DNA of 64,000 bases. It comes from Squalus acanthias (taxonomy: Eukaryota). The number at the start of each line of letters is the position of its first letter. Within the stretch, counting starts at the first letter, position 1. The notes below the pieces were generated by a model, which saw only the letters and a program-made list of their open reading frames with translations, did not search any database and was not told the origin of the DNA. A program made the position numbers and the translations under genes. Of this stretch, positions 37,105-50,515 are shown in pieces. The stretch is from assembly GCA_030390025.1 (NCBI GenBank), contig CM059431.1, positions 138,944,001 to 139,008,000 of the forward strand. Reading direction: 5' to 3'.

Positions 37105-37535
37105 ACAAGAACTAGTATTGATATAGCGCCTGTAACATATTAAAATGTCCCAAAGCGCATCACATAAGGAGATATTAGGGCAGATGACAGAAAGCTTGTT
37201 TTAAGGAGCGTCTTAAAGAAGGAAAGAGAGGAGAGAGAGAGGTGGAGAGGATTAGGGAGGGAATTCCGGAGATTGGGGCCTTGGCAAAATGAAGGCAAAG
37301 CCACCAATGGTGGAGTGATTAAAATCGGGGATGCACAAGAGGCCAGAATTAGAGGAGCGCCTCAATCTCGGAGGGTTGTAGGGCTGGGCGAGATTATCAG
37401 AGATAGGGAGAGGCGAGCACATGGAAGGATTTGAAAACAAGGATGGATATTTTAATATCGAGGCGTTGCCTAACCGGGAGTCAATGTTGGACAGCGAGCA
37501 TAGTCGTGAACGGGACTTGATGCGAGTTAGGGCGG
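37105..37535 (-). mobile_element. L2-like LINE 3' fragment
   Basis: Collinear with 10300-10770. Confidence 0.6.
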
Positions 37536-38189
37536 AATTCAAATCCACGCGAACTTCACACAATTGATTCATAATCCATTGCTGAATAACTCGCCCCCCG
37601 CGTCCCAACCGAACACTTACACCAACTGCATGTGCCCAATATTACTGAAATATAAATGTTAAGTGTCAGTGCCACAAAAGCTTAAATAATCTTCCTCATG
37701 CACAAGCCTTCAACCAAACCATAGATAAAGACCCACTCCACCTGGGATGTGATTCGATTAACCAAGAGAGATGAACTTTGATTTGATTTGCTATTAAGAT
37801 AAAGGTGGATTGAATAGTTGTATGGCATTTAGGAAAATATTTGGAGAAGGTGCGTGTGGAAACTGAGAAAATGTTGAGTGTCGATCTTTGAAGATTTGTG
37901 ATCATTTTATTCAACAACTGATAGTCAGAACTTTCATAACTTGGTTTAGAAAAAGGTAGGATAATACCGAACAACCCACACAACAATACAGCAACAGATG
38001 TAGGGTTCAACTAGCTTTGACTCACTTCCAGCACTCTCATCTCCGCCTCAGAAGATCGTTGAGTGAAATTGGTCGACGCCAGCAGCGAACCGGCGGTAAA
38101 CATTTGAACTGTTGAAGCCCGGAACCAGTTAAAATGTAGCTCAAGTAGATGAAGTTTGCACGAGGGAATGTCTTTGCTGTATTACACAA

Positions 38190-38790
38190 TATTACACAGT
38201 ATTTGGAGCAGAGAAAGAGGCCATTCAGCCCAACATGTCCAGCCCAACAGGACCGAGCCTCCTCCCACCCTCCTTCATCTAACTCCAGCAACATATCCTT
38301 CTACTACTTTCTCCATCATGTGTTTATCTAGATTCCCCTTAAATGCTTCCATATTGTTCACCGCAATTAATGCTTTTGGTAGCGAGTTCCACATTCTAAG
38401 CACTCTCTCGGTCAATACATTTCTCCTGAATTACCTATTGGATTTATTAGTGACTACCTGATATTTATGGCCCCTAGTTCTGATTTCTCCCGCAAGTGAA
38501 AACATCTTCTCTACGTCTATCAAACGCTTTCATAATCTTAAAGACTTCTATCTGGTGACCCCTCAGTCTTCTATTTCCTATAGAAAGGTACCCCAGCCGA
38601 TTCAATCTTCCCTGATAGGTATAACCACTGAGTTCTGCTAGCATTCTAGTCAATCGTTTTTGTAACTTCTCCAGTGCTTCTATATCATTTTATAATACGG
38701 AGACCTGAACTGCTCACAGTACCCCAAGTGTCGTATAACCAAGGTTCTATTCGATTTTAAAATAACTTCCCTGTTTTTCCAATTCTTTCT
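38190..38790 (-). mobile_element. CR1 3' fragment
   Basis: Collinear with 63320-64000. Confidence 0.75.
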
Positions 38791-40259
38791 GAGCAGCAAA
38801 CTCACCATTGCCCCAAATGCCTGTATGTTGGATCAGTACCCCAGTGGGAAAGAGGATTGTGATTTCCAGTTGTTACTCGCCATCCTATTTGTCAGTAATT
38901 TTCCCTTTAGCTGAAAATAAGACGAGAAAAAACGAGCAGATCCAACGAACCGGTCTGTAACACTATGCGGCATCTACACAGTTGTCTCTTGCACTTACAG
39001 TGAAGCAGAAGCCAGTTTTAACTCTTAATCTGCCAACATTAAGAATAACGTGTCTGAGAAAGACTGGATTTCATTGTGGTGACATTAGGGCAGAGCAATG
39101 TTCAGTTGATTTGATGGCCGAGCGGCCAGCGGGCGGATTTGCAATTCGTATGCGGCTGCACTGTGAATTTCCCAGATTAATCGGAATAAAGCTTGAATTG
39201 AATCTATTGACATCCGTCTTGGTTATATTCAGGACGGAGATCCATAGATTTTTGGATATTAGAGAATCAAGGGATATGGGGATAGTGCTGGAAAGTGGAG
39301 TTGAGGTTTAAAATCAGCCATGCATTCATCTCAATCATCAATAATACAATCAGATCTTCCGCTTGTTAGCAGCACCTTCTTCCAAACATTTTACTCAGTA
39401 TTTGGAAATTATTTTTGCGTTCGATTGAAAATGCGAATAGTCGAGGCATTTTTTTTTTAACAGGGGTGCTGAAATGGCCGTAATTGACACGAAACAGGAG
39501 TCGTATTAGAATAATTTAAAGGAGAATTCTAAAATTCACCGAGTGCTAATTGGATTAGACACTTTACAACCTCAACATCGAGTTCAACGATTTTAGATTA
39601 GAATCTCTGCTCTCATTGTTCGGACAGCAGCTGTTGGTAATGATTCTGCTGTTGTCATTCACAGCCTCTCAGACACCTCGCTTTTTCTCCCAGTATCATT
39701 CCCGTTTGCCTTGCACCATCATCCCCTTTGTCATTTAATCACTCCTGCCTTCCACCCTATCACTGTCCTTCCCTTTTGTACTTTCCTCCCCCTCTCCCAC
39801 CCATTTCCCTGCTTCTTTCTTTTACATCTCGAACATTTCCCAGCTCTGATGAAAGTTCATGAACCTGAAACGTTAAATCTGTTTCTCTCTCCACAGATGC
39901 TGCCTGACCTGCTGAGCATTTCCAGCGTTTTCTGTTCTTATTTCAGATTTCCAGCATCCGCAGTATTTGGCTTTTGTCCGGCAAAACACTTTCTGCCTTT
40001 CTATTGAAGACGCGAAAAGCCGAGACATTTGTTGTTTTCAACACGGCGTCTGAAATGGCCGGCATGACACGTGACAGGAGTCGTTCCTGAACCATTTAAA
40101 GGTGGATTCTAAAAATCACCGAGTGTTAAATTAAAATCACGGTTACAGTTTGTTTCAGTGTAAAGGGTGCGGATTGAAAATAACAATAAAACGCCAGGCA
40201 GCGCACGCGGTGAGACACATTCGAACTCCTGATGAAGTTGGTGCTGCGAAGTAACCGCT

Positions 40260-40500
40260 GAGCTAAAGCTGACCCCGATCAAAGGGGAGAAAACACTAAA
40301 TATAAAGGATGAGCTCACAAATATCAGGCGCAGTGCGGGTCTGGTCAACGTCAAACTCCTCCTTTCTCATTCAATAGAGGAAGAAGAGACTCACCGGGAG
40401 TCAGACAGCAGAAAGATTCATAAATAGAACAAAGAAAGACACAAATACAAGTAACACCCACTTTCCAAACATTCTCACTGTGAAATTATTTCACTCGCGC
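40260..40500. repeat. Block B', inverted paralogue of 32780-32900 + 35293-35405 (empty site)
   Basis: Reverse complement reads ...TCTTCTTCCTCTATTGAATGAGAAAGGAGGAGTTTGACGTTGACCAG, joining the two flanks of the CR1 at 32902-35292. Confidence 0.85.
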
Positions 40501-41687
40501 CAGTGAGTCAATAACCTAAGGTCATGGATTTAAAATCACTGGCAAATGATCTAGAGGGAGATGAGGAGAGTTATTTCACTCAGAGAGTTGTCGGGATCTG
40601 GAACGCTCGACCTGAACAGGTGGTGGAAGCTGATTCTATCACTAATTTTAAAGGGAGTCGGACAGGTACTTGAGGATGAGGTACCTTCAGGGTTAGGGAC
40701 AAAAAGCGGGGGGTGGGGGTGGGACTAAGCACGGCTGCTCTTTCTAAACCAGCACAGACACGACGGGCCAAATGGCCTCCTGTGCTGTGATTTCTATGAT
40801 TCTATATACACACCCACAGTTTATATTTTCACACGGCCTTGTTTGCAGTTCTCACTATTGTCTACACGCCGAAAATTTAATTGTTTTTCGGAAGTTGCTC
40901 GACCTGTTGTGTGTTTTGAGCAGTTTCCTAGTTTATTTTGTTGTGATGTGGAGAACTCGTGGAGCAACGGTAGCCCGTCTGACTCCAGCTCAATAAGAAT
41001 GTGTGTTTAAATCACGTCGGATTCAGAGCTGATTTTAGCGATGATTGGAGTCTGGATAATTCCAGAACCATATATTCTTTGCTTTTTCATAATAATCAGA
41101 ACCTTGCTATAAAGTCTGTCTCACTGGTTCCCCAGTGTCAGGGAGAGAAGCGCCAGATGCCCTCATTTATTTAATGTAACAAACAGACACAAAGACACGT
41201 GTTCAGTAAAGTGTTCCACACAGCTCAATAAACCCTGGCCCCCTCCCCACTTTCAGGGAATCTCCCAATGCGCTTCATAGATGAGGAAATTCAGCCCATC
41301 CTGCCTGGGCCGGTTCTTTGAAACCCACACCCAGCGTTTTCCGTCATATTCCTGCTAATTATTTATCTTCAAATACATGTCCAATTGCCTTTTGAATGTT
41401 AGCATGGAATCTGATTCCACCATCCTTTCAGTCCCGATCTTAACAACCCTCAGTGTGAGAAGAATTCTCCTAATGTCCCCTCTAGTTCTTTTGCTAATTA
41501 TTTTATTTTAAATTTCTGACCTCTGGTTTCTGATACACTCGTCCTACTTGCTCAATCAAAATCCTTCATAATATTGAACACCTCTAGTCGGTATTTCCCG
41601 TATCGTTCTCTAAGTAGAACAATCCCAGGGTTAGTTTTCCAATAGCAGCAAATCGACTATGAAGCAGCTGATTCCACAAAATACAAT

Positions 41688-42435
41688 GGCCTAGAAATTC
41701 GATTCGGAGGCTTGCCACGGGGGTAAGGATTGCGCGCGCTCTTACCCACCACGTCTGCCGTTCTTGTTTGCCCCCGCAGGAACTTCGGGTCCTGGGCCTC
41801 TCCCTAGTGCGTGTTCCAGGGGCGCAGTTAGTGCGATGTGACCCCTGGGATCACGTGGGCCATGGAGAGCCAATGGCAGCAGACCATCTTTCATTCATAG
41901 ATTTGACAGGCGACCTGTCAAATCTGTGAATTGAAATCGGCCCCAAAAGAACAGCCAAACCTCAAATAATGTTTTTTAAAAACCCATCACATTAATAAAA
42001 TAACTATAGTTAAATAAATTAACCACTTTAAACAAAAATTTAAATTTTTGAAAAAATTAAAATACTTTTTAAAAGTTATAAAAATAAACTTACCTTTCTT
42101 TAAAGTCTCTAAAAAAGATAAACCTGTTGAAAAAAATTTTAAATTATACTTAATTAACTACTTACCTTGTTAAAAAAGGGGTCTTGCGCCTCCTTTTTAC
42201 TAGCGTAGAAGATTCAATATTTACCCTCGCTTTGAAACCTGAAAAAAACCGAAGTGTGCTGCGCGCGCGCAGCCTCTAGTGCGCACGCGGTTCACCTAGG
42301 AAGCGCCCCCTTCCTCATACCGGAAGTGCCGGTTTTCCGCGCATGCGCAGTGCATGCAGGAAACGTGCACTTCGGGAATGAATACGGGTGAGTAAGCACT
42401 GAGTACTCACCCGAGAACGGCCGAATTTTTGGGCC
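41688..42435. mobile_element. Harbinger-type MITE with TSD AAT
   Basis: TIR GGCCTAGAAATTCG / CGAATTTTTGGGCC with AAT on both flanks; inverted sister copy at 46989-47745. Confidence 0.88.
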
Positions 42436-42464
42436 AATGTCACGGAGAAGTGAAAAGATCTGCA

Positions 42465-42548
42465 TGTCAGAAGTGGGATTTGAACGCATGCCTACTAGAA
42501 AAGATTGCGATGTGAATGCAGCGCCTTAAACTATTCGGCCACCCTGAC
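42465..42548 (-). pseudogene. tRNA-Leu(CAG)-derived pseudogene
   Basis: GTCAGGGTGGCCGAATAGTTTAAGGCGCTGCATTCACATCGCAA...GTTCAAATCCCACTTCTGACA aligns to vertebrate tRNA-Leu-CAG; anticodon mutated to CAC and stems mismatched. Confidence 0.85.
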
Positions 42549-43666
42549 TCAAGGACCGCTTCAATGTGCCTAAATTTCCCCACAGTGGCCCAAATACAGT
42601 TCCACTCATTTTGTTCCTCCGTAACTATTGGAAACCTCCGTAGACTTGAATAACTTCACTTCTGTCCCACACTAAAAACTCTGAATCTTTCTCCTCCGTT
42701 ACCTTTTCCAGGCATTTCACTGATCGAAACCACACAACTCACACAGGAAATTGATTTTTTAAGTGATTAACTTTCTGAAGGAGCTCCAGAATTGTCCGAC
42801 CCTAATCTACTGAAACAGATTATTCTCGCTGGAATCCTTTTCATATAATCATAGAATTATATAATGATACAGTACAGAAGGAGGGCGTTCGGCCCATCCT
42901 GCCTGTGCCGGCTCGTTGGTAGAGCTATCCCATCAATCTCAGTCCCCTCCTATTTCCCCATAGCCGTTTAAATTTATCTTCAATTATTGATCCAGTTCTC
43001 CTTTGAAAGTCACTGTTGAATCTGTTTCCGCCGCCCCTTCAGACAATGCAATCCATATCACAAAAATGGCTATGTGTAAAAAAAAGTCGTCTCGGGTTCA
43101 TCTTCGACGTGGATCGGCTGCTCTCGGCCCCCAGGACGGGGCCATTCTAATTCTGTGACTGTAGCCAATTTTGTTCGGGCAGAGTTTTGACTGAAACGTC
43201 ACACTTGCCTCGTAAAGGACAATAAAGCAGGGGAGGCTGCAACCTCTGAAAAATCTGAGGCCAATCAGAAAAGTTTGTGCCTCTGAATCTCTAACTTGTT
43301 CTGTTCCTTTTAAAAGTTTTACCATTTATATGTACATTACTTGAAGAGAAAAATACTGGGCAATATGTAAAGAGAAGGGGAGTGGGATTAATGCGATAGC
43401 TCCGCCAAAGAGCCGGCACAGACACGATGGGCCAATAGCCTCCTTCTGTGCTGTATCATTCTATAATTCTATGATTACGCGGCACCTACAATCTTGTCTC
43501 TGGCACTTACAGTGAAGCGGAGACCAGTTTTCACTCTTAAACCAGCAATTATAATATTAAGCAAAAGTGCAGGAAAAAAATCAGTTTTTAGCGCGATGAC
43601 ATCGCGGCAGGAATTCAGACCTGGGGACCGAACGTGAAAGCAACATGAAAGGATGATACAAATATT

Positions 43667-43739
43667 CACCCAATGTGGATCTCGAACCAACCACACTAAC
43701 ATTAAGAATCTGAAGCTTTTCTGACTGGACTAGCCGGGC
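43667..43739 (-). pseudogene. tRNA-Lys(CTT)-derived pseudogene
   Basis: GCCCGGCTAGTCCAGTCAGAAAAGCTTCAGATTCTTAATGTTAGTGTGGTTGGTTCGAGATCCACATTGGGTG is full length (73 nt) with a CTT anticodon and many stem-breaking substitutions. Confidence 0.85.
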
Positions 43740-44749
43740 TGACTAAATTCTACGTTTTGTCGCTTATTAAAGTGAGGCGACTGTTGGCTCCGCCCCAGCG
43801 GTTCGACATGTGCTAAAAACCACGGACCAAGTCCTCCTTAATTCCAAGGTGTATAAAGAAGTCAACCCTCAAACCATTCATTGATCACAGGGGTTCTGAC
43901 AATGTTCTGATGGCCTTTGACCTTGTCAATATCTCTCGTCTATTTCCCGGTGTTTCCTGATACTCTCCGTATCTCTGGCTCTGTTTATCTGCGTGTGGCT
44001 ACCTGCAGGTTGATTTTGTGTCTGTTATATTAAATAAACGAGGGCATCAGGTGCTTCTCTCCGTGGCCCTGCGGAACTAGTATGAGAGACTTTAGAGTGA
44101 GGTACTAGTTATGTGGAAATGTAAAGAAAACATGTGTGTATCTGAACTTGGTCGAACACAATAAAAAGATTTGTATTTGCAAACGATATTTTCGTGTCGG
44201 AACTGAACTGCTTACATCTCCTCAAACTACTAATTAATATCGCGCTAAGTTTACTCCGCACCTGCTGTGATTTGTGGGGATTATCCATGTTCTGAGATGA
44301 ATGTAGATGCAGTGAGAGGTTACAGAAAGGCCAGGGGTCAATTGCCGCAGTGAGTTCCGCTGGTAGAGCCGGACTGTGTAACTCAGTGAGGACAGGACGT
44401 TCCTCGGCGTGGAACCGGGAGAATCTGCAGGACGTTGACATAATTCTGGGGAATCCGCTGTCTTTGCACAGACACGATGGGCCAAATGGGCTCCTTCTGT
44501 GCTCTATCATTCTATGACATTATGATTAAGTGGCACCGACGAAATTATCTCTGACACTATCGTTGAATAAATTCAAGGCTGAGATAGATAGATTTTTGAC
44601 CCGAGGGGAATCTGGGGATATGGGGATCGAGCGGGAAAGTGGAGATGAGGTCGAAGATCAGCCATGATCTGATTGAATGGCGCAGCAGGCTCGAAGGGCC
44701 GTATTGCCTACTCCTGCTCCTAATTCTTATGTTCTTATGTAGAGTAGGG

Positions 44750-45320
44750 TTACCATCAGAAATGTTAAAGTGTCGCCATTATCGCTAACGTAATTGTACA
44801 GTCATGATCAATAACGTTAGAATCGGGTTACCGCCAAAGATGTTAGAATTGACTGACCACCGGTAATGATATTGTAGACTCTCCATCGGTACTGCCACAG
44901 TTCGTTCACCGCAAGTAATTAAAGTAAAGTCACCACCATTGGCATTAGAATAAAGGCACCAGCAGCAATGATAGATTGGGGTCACTACCAGTAATGCTAG
45001 AGCTTTGTCTTCACCAATAATGTAGGATAGCTACAAGCAATGCTATAGTAGAGTCCTCAAAACTCATGTTAATGTACGGCCATCACCATTAATGTGAGAG
45101 TAGGGGATCACCAGCAAATTTACAGTAGTGTTACCTCTAGTAATGCTACATTAATGCTAGAATCATCACCAGCAATGTTGCAAGTGAGTTATCACCAGTA
45201 ATGTTAGAAGAGAGTCAGCACCAGCAATGTTAGAAGTGAATCATCACCAGTAATTGTAGACAGGAATCATCGCCAGCAGTGTTAGCAGTCAATCATCGCC
45301 AGTAATGTTAGAGAGGAGTC
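44750..45320. repeat. Degenerate tandem repeat of about 26-30 bp (CACCAGTAATGTTAGA core)
   Basis: Recurrent CACCAG[TC]AATG[TC]TAGA. Confidence 0.7.
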
Positions 45321-45639
45321 ATATCTAGTTATCATTAAAGTAAAAAAACGAATTTAAGTTATGCAATGGATGACTGAAGTTTTCTCTGAATTAATATGAG
45401 ACCACAAGAGCCTACCGCAGAGTCCAGGAGTTAGTTCTGACGAAGGGTCATCGACCTGAAACGTTAACTCTGTTTCTCTCTCACTACAGATGCTGCCTGA
45501 CCTGCTGAGTATTTCCAGCATTTTTTGTTTTTATTTCAGAATTCCAACATTCGCAGTAATTTGCTTTTGTCCAGGAGGGATGTTCCATTCAGAGCTCAGG
45601 GCCATGCATAGGGCACATTCCCTCTGGGATTACTTTCCT

Positions 45640-45790
45640 TACAATTTCCCCATTGGCGGCCCGGCCGCACTGAAGCGGAAAATCTCCCCTTGTTTGTTAA
45701 GTGACTGTAACTAACGCCACATATTGTGTCACCTGTTTTCTCGCCGGGGCACCGATTGTTCTATAAAGGGGGAGCATTTACGGATCACAG
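45640..45790 (+). promoter_or_regulatory. Proximal promoter of GPCR copy 2 (TATAAAG at 45762-45768)
   Basis: Conserved with the copy 1 promoter: GAAGCGGAAAATCTCCC..AGTGACTGTAACTAACGCCA..GGGCACCGATTG..TATAAAG. Confidence 0.6.
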
Positions 45791-46849
45791 ATACACTCCA
45801 GTCGGAATAGTAAAGCTGGACACAATTTGCACATTCTTCTAAAAAAATGGAGCGGCCAACAATTCTACAGATAAAGAGATTTTACTATCCTATTCTCGCA
45901 GCCTTTGGTGCTCCCGGTAAGTCAATATATTCTGTTGTTTGACTATCTCAGTGTTAATGTAACAGATTCCGAGAATGTCTCATTGCAGAGTCATTGACCC
46001 ACCGGGATCAGTCGGTGAATTTCAGCGGGAATCCTACTAGTCCTCGCGGCCGCTGAAGCGCTGTTCTGGTCGGTAGATTATCTGCACCAGACACCGTATA
46101 CTGAGTGAGGGCGAGGATGAATCCCCGGCCCCTCCAACAGTACATAGATCACTAAAGAATGTGTTGCTTAGTGTCCATGGTAATCATTTCATCTATTCCA
46201 TTATTTCCTGTCTACATTAAGTTGATCATTCCTTGTACTGCAGCCACCTCCACCCATCAGAGGACTGTGAAAGATATTTGGAGCAATAATTGCCGCTCAG
46301 GGAGCCGCTCCCCTCCCCTCGACTGCAAAGAACCTTCGCGGCTCCATCAGCTCCCGCTCTGTTACCGAGCAACTCCCTCGGGGGGAATATAATTAGAAAA
46401 AGCGCAGAGTTTCCACCTGCATCAAATGTTTGTCTCTCATCTGAATGTATTATTTGCATTCATGTCAATCCAGTAATTGTTTCTAAATTATATTGAATAC
46501 AACTGACATCTGATGCCGCTCCCGAGATCCCCCTCGCCAATTAAACCGATGAGATTAAATGTAAAATTCCATCGATTGCTCCCTGGGGCCGCTGTAGTAA
46601 CTCATCAAATTGGCTCGGTGCATCACATGTTCCCAGCCTCATGGCGTGATGGTTTCAGTGCTCCACACTGCAATGGAATGTGTGTTTGGGTGTATGTAAG
46701 GGAAACCGCTTCTTTATTGACTGTGAAAATGAATCTGTAACTGTACCGTCCCTGCGAGGTACTGTGTCTTGACCTGGACCGCACCGTTAAAGTGTGAATA
46801 GAGACTCAATTGTTCGGTTCGCACAGAACTGTCAAGAGTATGAATGGGG

Positions 46850-48520
46850 ATCACATTTAAAAACACACTAAAACATTAAAAAAATACTTATTTAAAGTTA
46901 ATTAAAATGACATTTAATTAAATATTTTAAACAAAAATTTCATTTTTGGGGAAAAAAATGTTTTAACAGGGCTAAAAATAAACTTATTGGCCCAAAAATT
47001 CGGCTGAATAGGGGAGAATACGAACTGTGTAGTCTCGCGTATTCAGTCCCGAAGTGCCAGTTCCTGCATGCACTGCGCATGCGCGGGAAACCGGCACTTC
47101 CGGTATGGCAAAGGGGGCGGTTCTAAGTGAACCGCGTGCGCACTACAGGCTGTGCGCACGCAGCACACTAAGTTTTTTTTCAGGTTTCAACGGGAAGGAA
47201 AGTATGGAAGATTTTACACATGAAGAAAGGAGGCGTAAGACCCCCTTTTAACAAGGTAAGTAGTTAATTAAGTATTATTTTAAAAAAATTTCAACAGTTT
47301 ATCTTTTTTAGAGACATTAAAGAAAGGTAAGTTTATTTTTATAACTTTTAAAAAGAATTTAAATTTTTTCAAAAATTAAAATTTTTGTTTAAAGTGGTTA
47401 ATTTATTTAACTTTAGTTATTTTATTAATATGATTTTTTTTTTTATTTATTTGAGGTTTAGCTGTTCTTTTGGGGGCAATTTGTATTCATAGTTTTGACA
47501 GTTCTCCTGTCAAATTAATGAATGAAAGATGGTGTGCTGCCATTGGCTCTCCATTGCCCACGTGATCCCAGAGGTCGCATCGAACTAACTGCGCCTCTGG
47601 GACACGCACACACTGCGCGCCTGCACCAGGGAGAGGCCCAGGAGCTGAAGTTCGTGTGGGCCCGAAACACAACGGCCGGCGCGGAGTACGATATCGCGGT
47701 TGATCCTTACCCCCGCGGCAAGCCTCCGAGTCAAATTTCTGGGCCAATATTTTGAAGAGTATTTTTAATTTATAAATGAGTTATCACATTTAATGTTTCT
47801 ATTTTTTAAAACTCTTAATCTGTTAAAAGCTGGCATTACACTTGCTTTTACCAGGTGTAATAATTTGACGGTCATTCAGCGGGCGGAAGTTTTGCAAAAA
47901 GCGAAACACTCCACCCGCGGAGGCACTTTTCTTGGGCATGCGGATGATCTTAGCACGCCTGAAACTGGCACTTGCGCACCCGTAGGGATCGCAAAATCCG
48001 GCCCACCGGTTCATCTACCTACAATAGGCCAGATTTTCCGAACCCACGAGTGCGTACGAGATGCGTATGCACCCATGGGGCCGAGCAGGTGCTGGGTTTA
48101 GGCATGCGAAGCGCATGCGCTAAAACCCGACACTTGCGATCTGTCAAGAATACGCTTGACAGATCATCCACATGCCGAGGAGATGGACGCTTTCTGCACA
48201 ACTTCCGCCCGCTGAAAACCTTTAAATATCTTATGCCTGGTAAAAGCATGCGAAAAGCCCGCGAAAAGCTTGCTATTATCAGCATAAGAGTTTTATAAAA
48301 TAATACAATTTTTTTTTTCACTGATTTATAATTTTAAAACACTTTTTAAAAATGTACGTTAATTTTTAGCCCCGTAAAAATCTTTATTTTTTTCAAAAAA
48401 TCAAATTTTTGTTTAAAATATTTAATTTAATGTTATTTGCGGGGCCAGCAGGTAAGCTCGTATATTTTTTCAATCGGAGGCATCCGCCCGCAGGAAGCCT
48501 GCGATCAGAAATTCAGGCCC
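46850..48520. mobile_element. Large palindromic non-autonomous DNA element in the copy 2 intron, hosting a nested MITE
   Basis: Inverted arms (e.g. CAGCGGGCGGAAGTT at 47877 / AACTTCCGCCCGCTG at 48200) centred near 48060; AT-rich arms at 46860-46985 and 48290-48435. Confidence 0.7.
46989..47745. mobile_element. Harbinger-type MITE, inverted sister of 41688-42435
   Basis: TIR GGCCCAAAAATTCG / CAAATTTCTGGGCC; flanks ATT/AAT. Confidence 0.88.
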
Positions 48521-50229
48521 CATATGCTATAATATTTATTTGAGCGTCCCCATGACTTACCCTTGTCCCTCTTTCTTACAGCGAACTTATTGACAATGGT
48601 GACTCTCTCCAGAGGAAAATGCGGCCTTTCCAAATGTATCTCGGTCTACATGGGGGCCATGGCAACAGCAGATCTACTGGTCATGATCTTCAATGTAATC
48701 CTATATCACATTTTGAGTAAACACTTCCCATATTCATTTCTGTCCTACACTGCCGTTTTTAAGTTCATGATATATATGTGTAGTGTCAGCCTATATATGT
48801 CGGTGTGGTTTACAGTCTCCTTCACATTTGATCGATTTGTAGCTATATGTTGTCAGAAGTTTAAAACAAAGTATTGCACAATGAGAACTGCGGCCGCGGT
48901 TATAACAACGGTCTCTGTCCTCGTTTATTTAGAGAACATCCCCTTTTGGTTTGCATATGAACACGAACAAATAATCAACAATGTTCCCTGGGGGTTCCGC
49001 CCCAGTGCGGCCTTTTTTTCATCGCCTGCGTAGCATACTCCCAGTTAGAAAATATTTTAATTACATATCTTCCTTTTGGTTTGATATTACTGTTTAATTG
49101 TTTGACAGTCAGACGTATTTTAGTGGCCAGTGGAGCCCGCAGGGGACTCCGGGGTCACAGCAGTGAGAATCAGAGCGATCCAGAGATGGAGAACCGAAGG
49201 AAATCCATAATTTTACTGTTCATTGTATCGGCCAGTTTTATATTGATGTGGCTGACATCTGCCGTGAGTTCTATAGTTAACAACCTGGCCGTGCATCACC
49301 GACTCGATTATACATCTCCTGCATACATCGCCACTGAAACCGGATATCTGCTCATGTATTTGAGCTCCTGTACAAACACGTGTATTTATGCAGCTGCACA
49401 AACTAAATTCAGAGAAGAGTTGAAGAAGGTGGTGAAATCTCCTTGGACATTTATACTGATATTGGTTAAAAAAAAGAATAATCAAACTAAAGCTTCCTGT
49501 CCAAACTAGAGTTAAATTACTGACCGTGTTCCATTTTAGAATGACTATCTTTCTCTTAGGAAGAAATAGGATTGTTGTTGTGAAAATAAGCATTAATCAG
49601 GAGCCATTTCTCCCACTTTGTGCCGTGTGTTTGATGTCTGCTGCTTTCCCCGGGTGAACATAATAGTTTCCTGCTAAAACAGTGCACTTCCCGCTCAAGA
49701 TTCAAAGAGAAGTCATGACTGAGCTTCAGCAGTGGAGTAGAACATGTGGGCGTCAGCGTTAACTGCCTCACGCCGCAGGCACTGGAATGAGACGCTCAGT
49801 TTAATTAACAGATACAGTTTCCTTTAGTGTAGAAACAATGTGTTACAATGGTGGTTAGATGTAATTCTGTAATCTTGGTATAAATGTTGCAGGCGCTGGT
49901 CTCCCCATCAGACTCCGCCCCCCATTGTCTCCTGGACCAATAGAACGGGACCCTATCTCCTGACCAGTGTCAAATGATGGAGACAGTAGGAACTTGACTC
50001 GTCAATGTGACATTAGACATATTTGTTCACAAATGTTTACTGAAAATCATAACTGGTCATCAAACTGTTGGAAAGTTATAACGGAGAAACAGATTATTAG
50101 ACCCAACCAGTACTTGTCGGCCTTTACACTCCACCCGATCAAATAGTCCCAATCACTTTACCCAACCTTTCTCAACATCTCTTCCACCTATTGTTATTCA
50201 TCCATCTAGCGAATTTAAGCGTGAACATT

Positions 50230-50515
50230 GGCAGTGTCAGCTGTGGCTCAGTGAGAAGCGCGCTCGCCTCTGATTTAGAATCCATGGGTTTAAGTCATTC
50301 TCCAAGAACACAATCAATCTATGTTGACACTCCAGTGGGGTGCTGCACTGTCAGAGGTGCAATATTTCGAATGAGACGTAAAACCGGGGCCCCGTTTGCT
50401 CACTCAGGTGGGTTTCCCACAACACAACAGTGACTGCACTCCAAATATTATTCATTATCTGCAAAGCGCTTTGATACATTCGGTGGTCGTGAAAGGCGCT
50501 ACATAAATGCATATT
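50230..50515 (+). mobile_element. DeuSINE-like (SacSINE1-type) SINE
   Basis: tRNA-like head TGTGGCTCAGTG, Deu-domain-like CTGTCAGAGGTGC..TTTCGAATGAGACGTAAAACCGGGGCCC, L2-type tail AAGGCGCTACATAAATGCA. Family name is from recall. Confidence 0.65.

Larger units (their letters stand above)
45847..49509 (+). pseudogene. GPR139-like GPCR copy 2 (exon 1 45847-45916, exon 2 48582-49509), single frameshift
   Basis: Exon 1 MERPTILQIKRFYYPILAAFGAP|GTAAGT. Exon 2 ANLLTMV..AMATADLL..FTFDRFVAICC..LSSCTNTCIY. A 4-bp deletion near 49029 (GC[AGGT]GTA relative to copy 3) gives TAG at 49031-49033. Confidence 0.9.

Noticed and set aside
42465..42482. Second retroviral PBS (TGTCAGAAGTGGGAT)
   Set aside because: It is the 3' end of a full-length tRNA-Leu relic with no adjacent LTR.
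43845..44110. Possible LTR fragment (TATAAA near 43852, AATAAA near 44033)
   Set aside because: No TG...CA termini, TSD or PBS could be defined.
45847..49509. True GPR139 orthologue or functional gene
   Set aside because: One of several diverged paralogues, and frameshifted; no symbol assigned.
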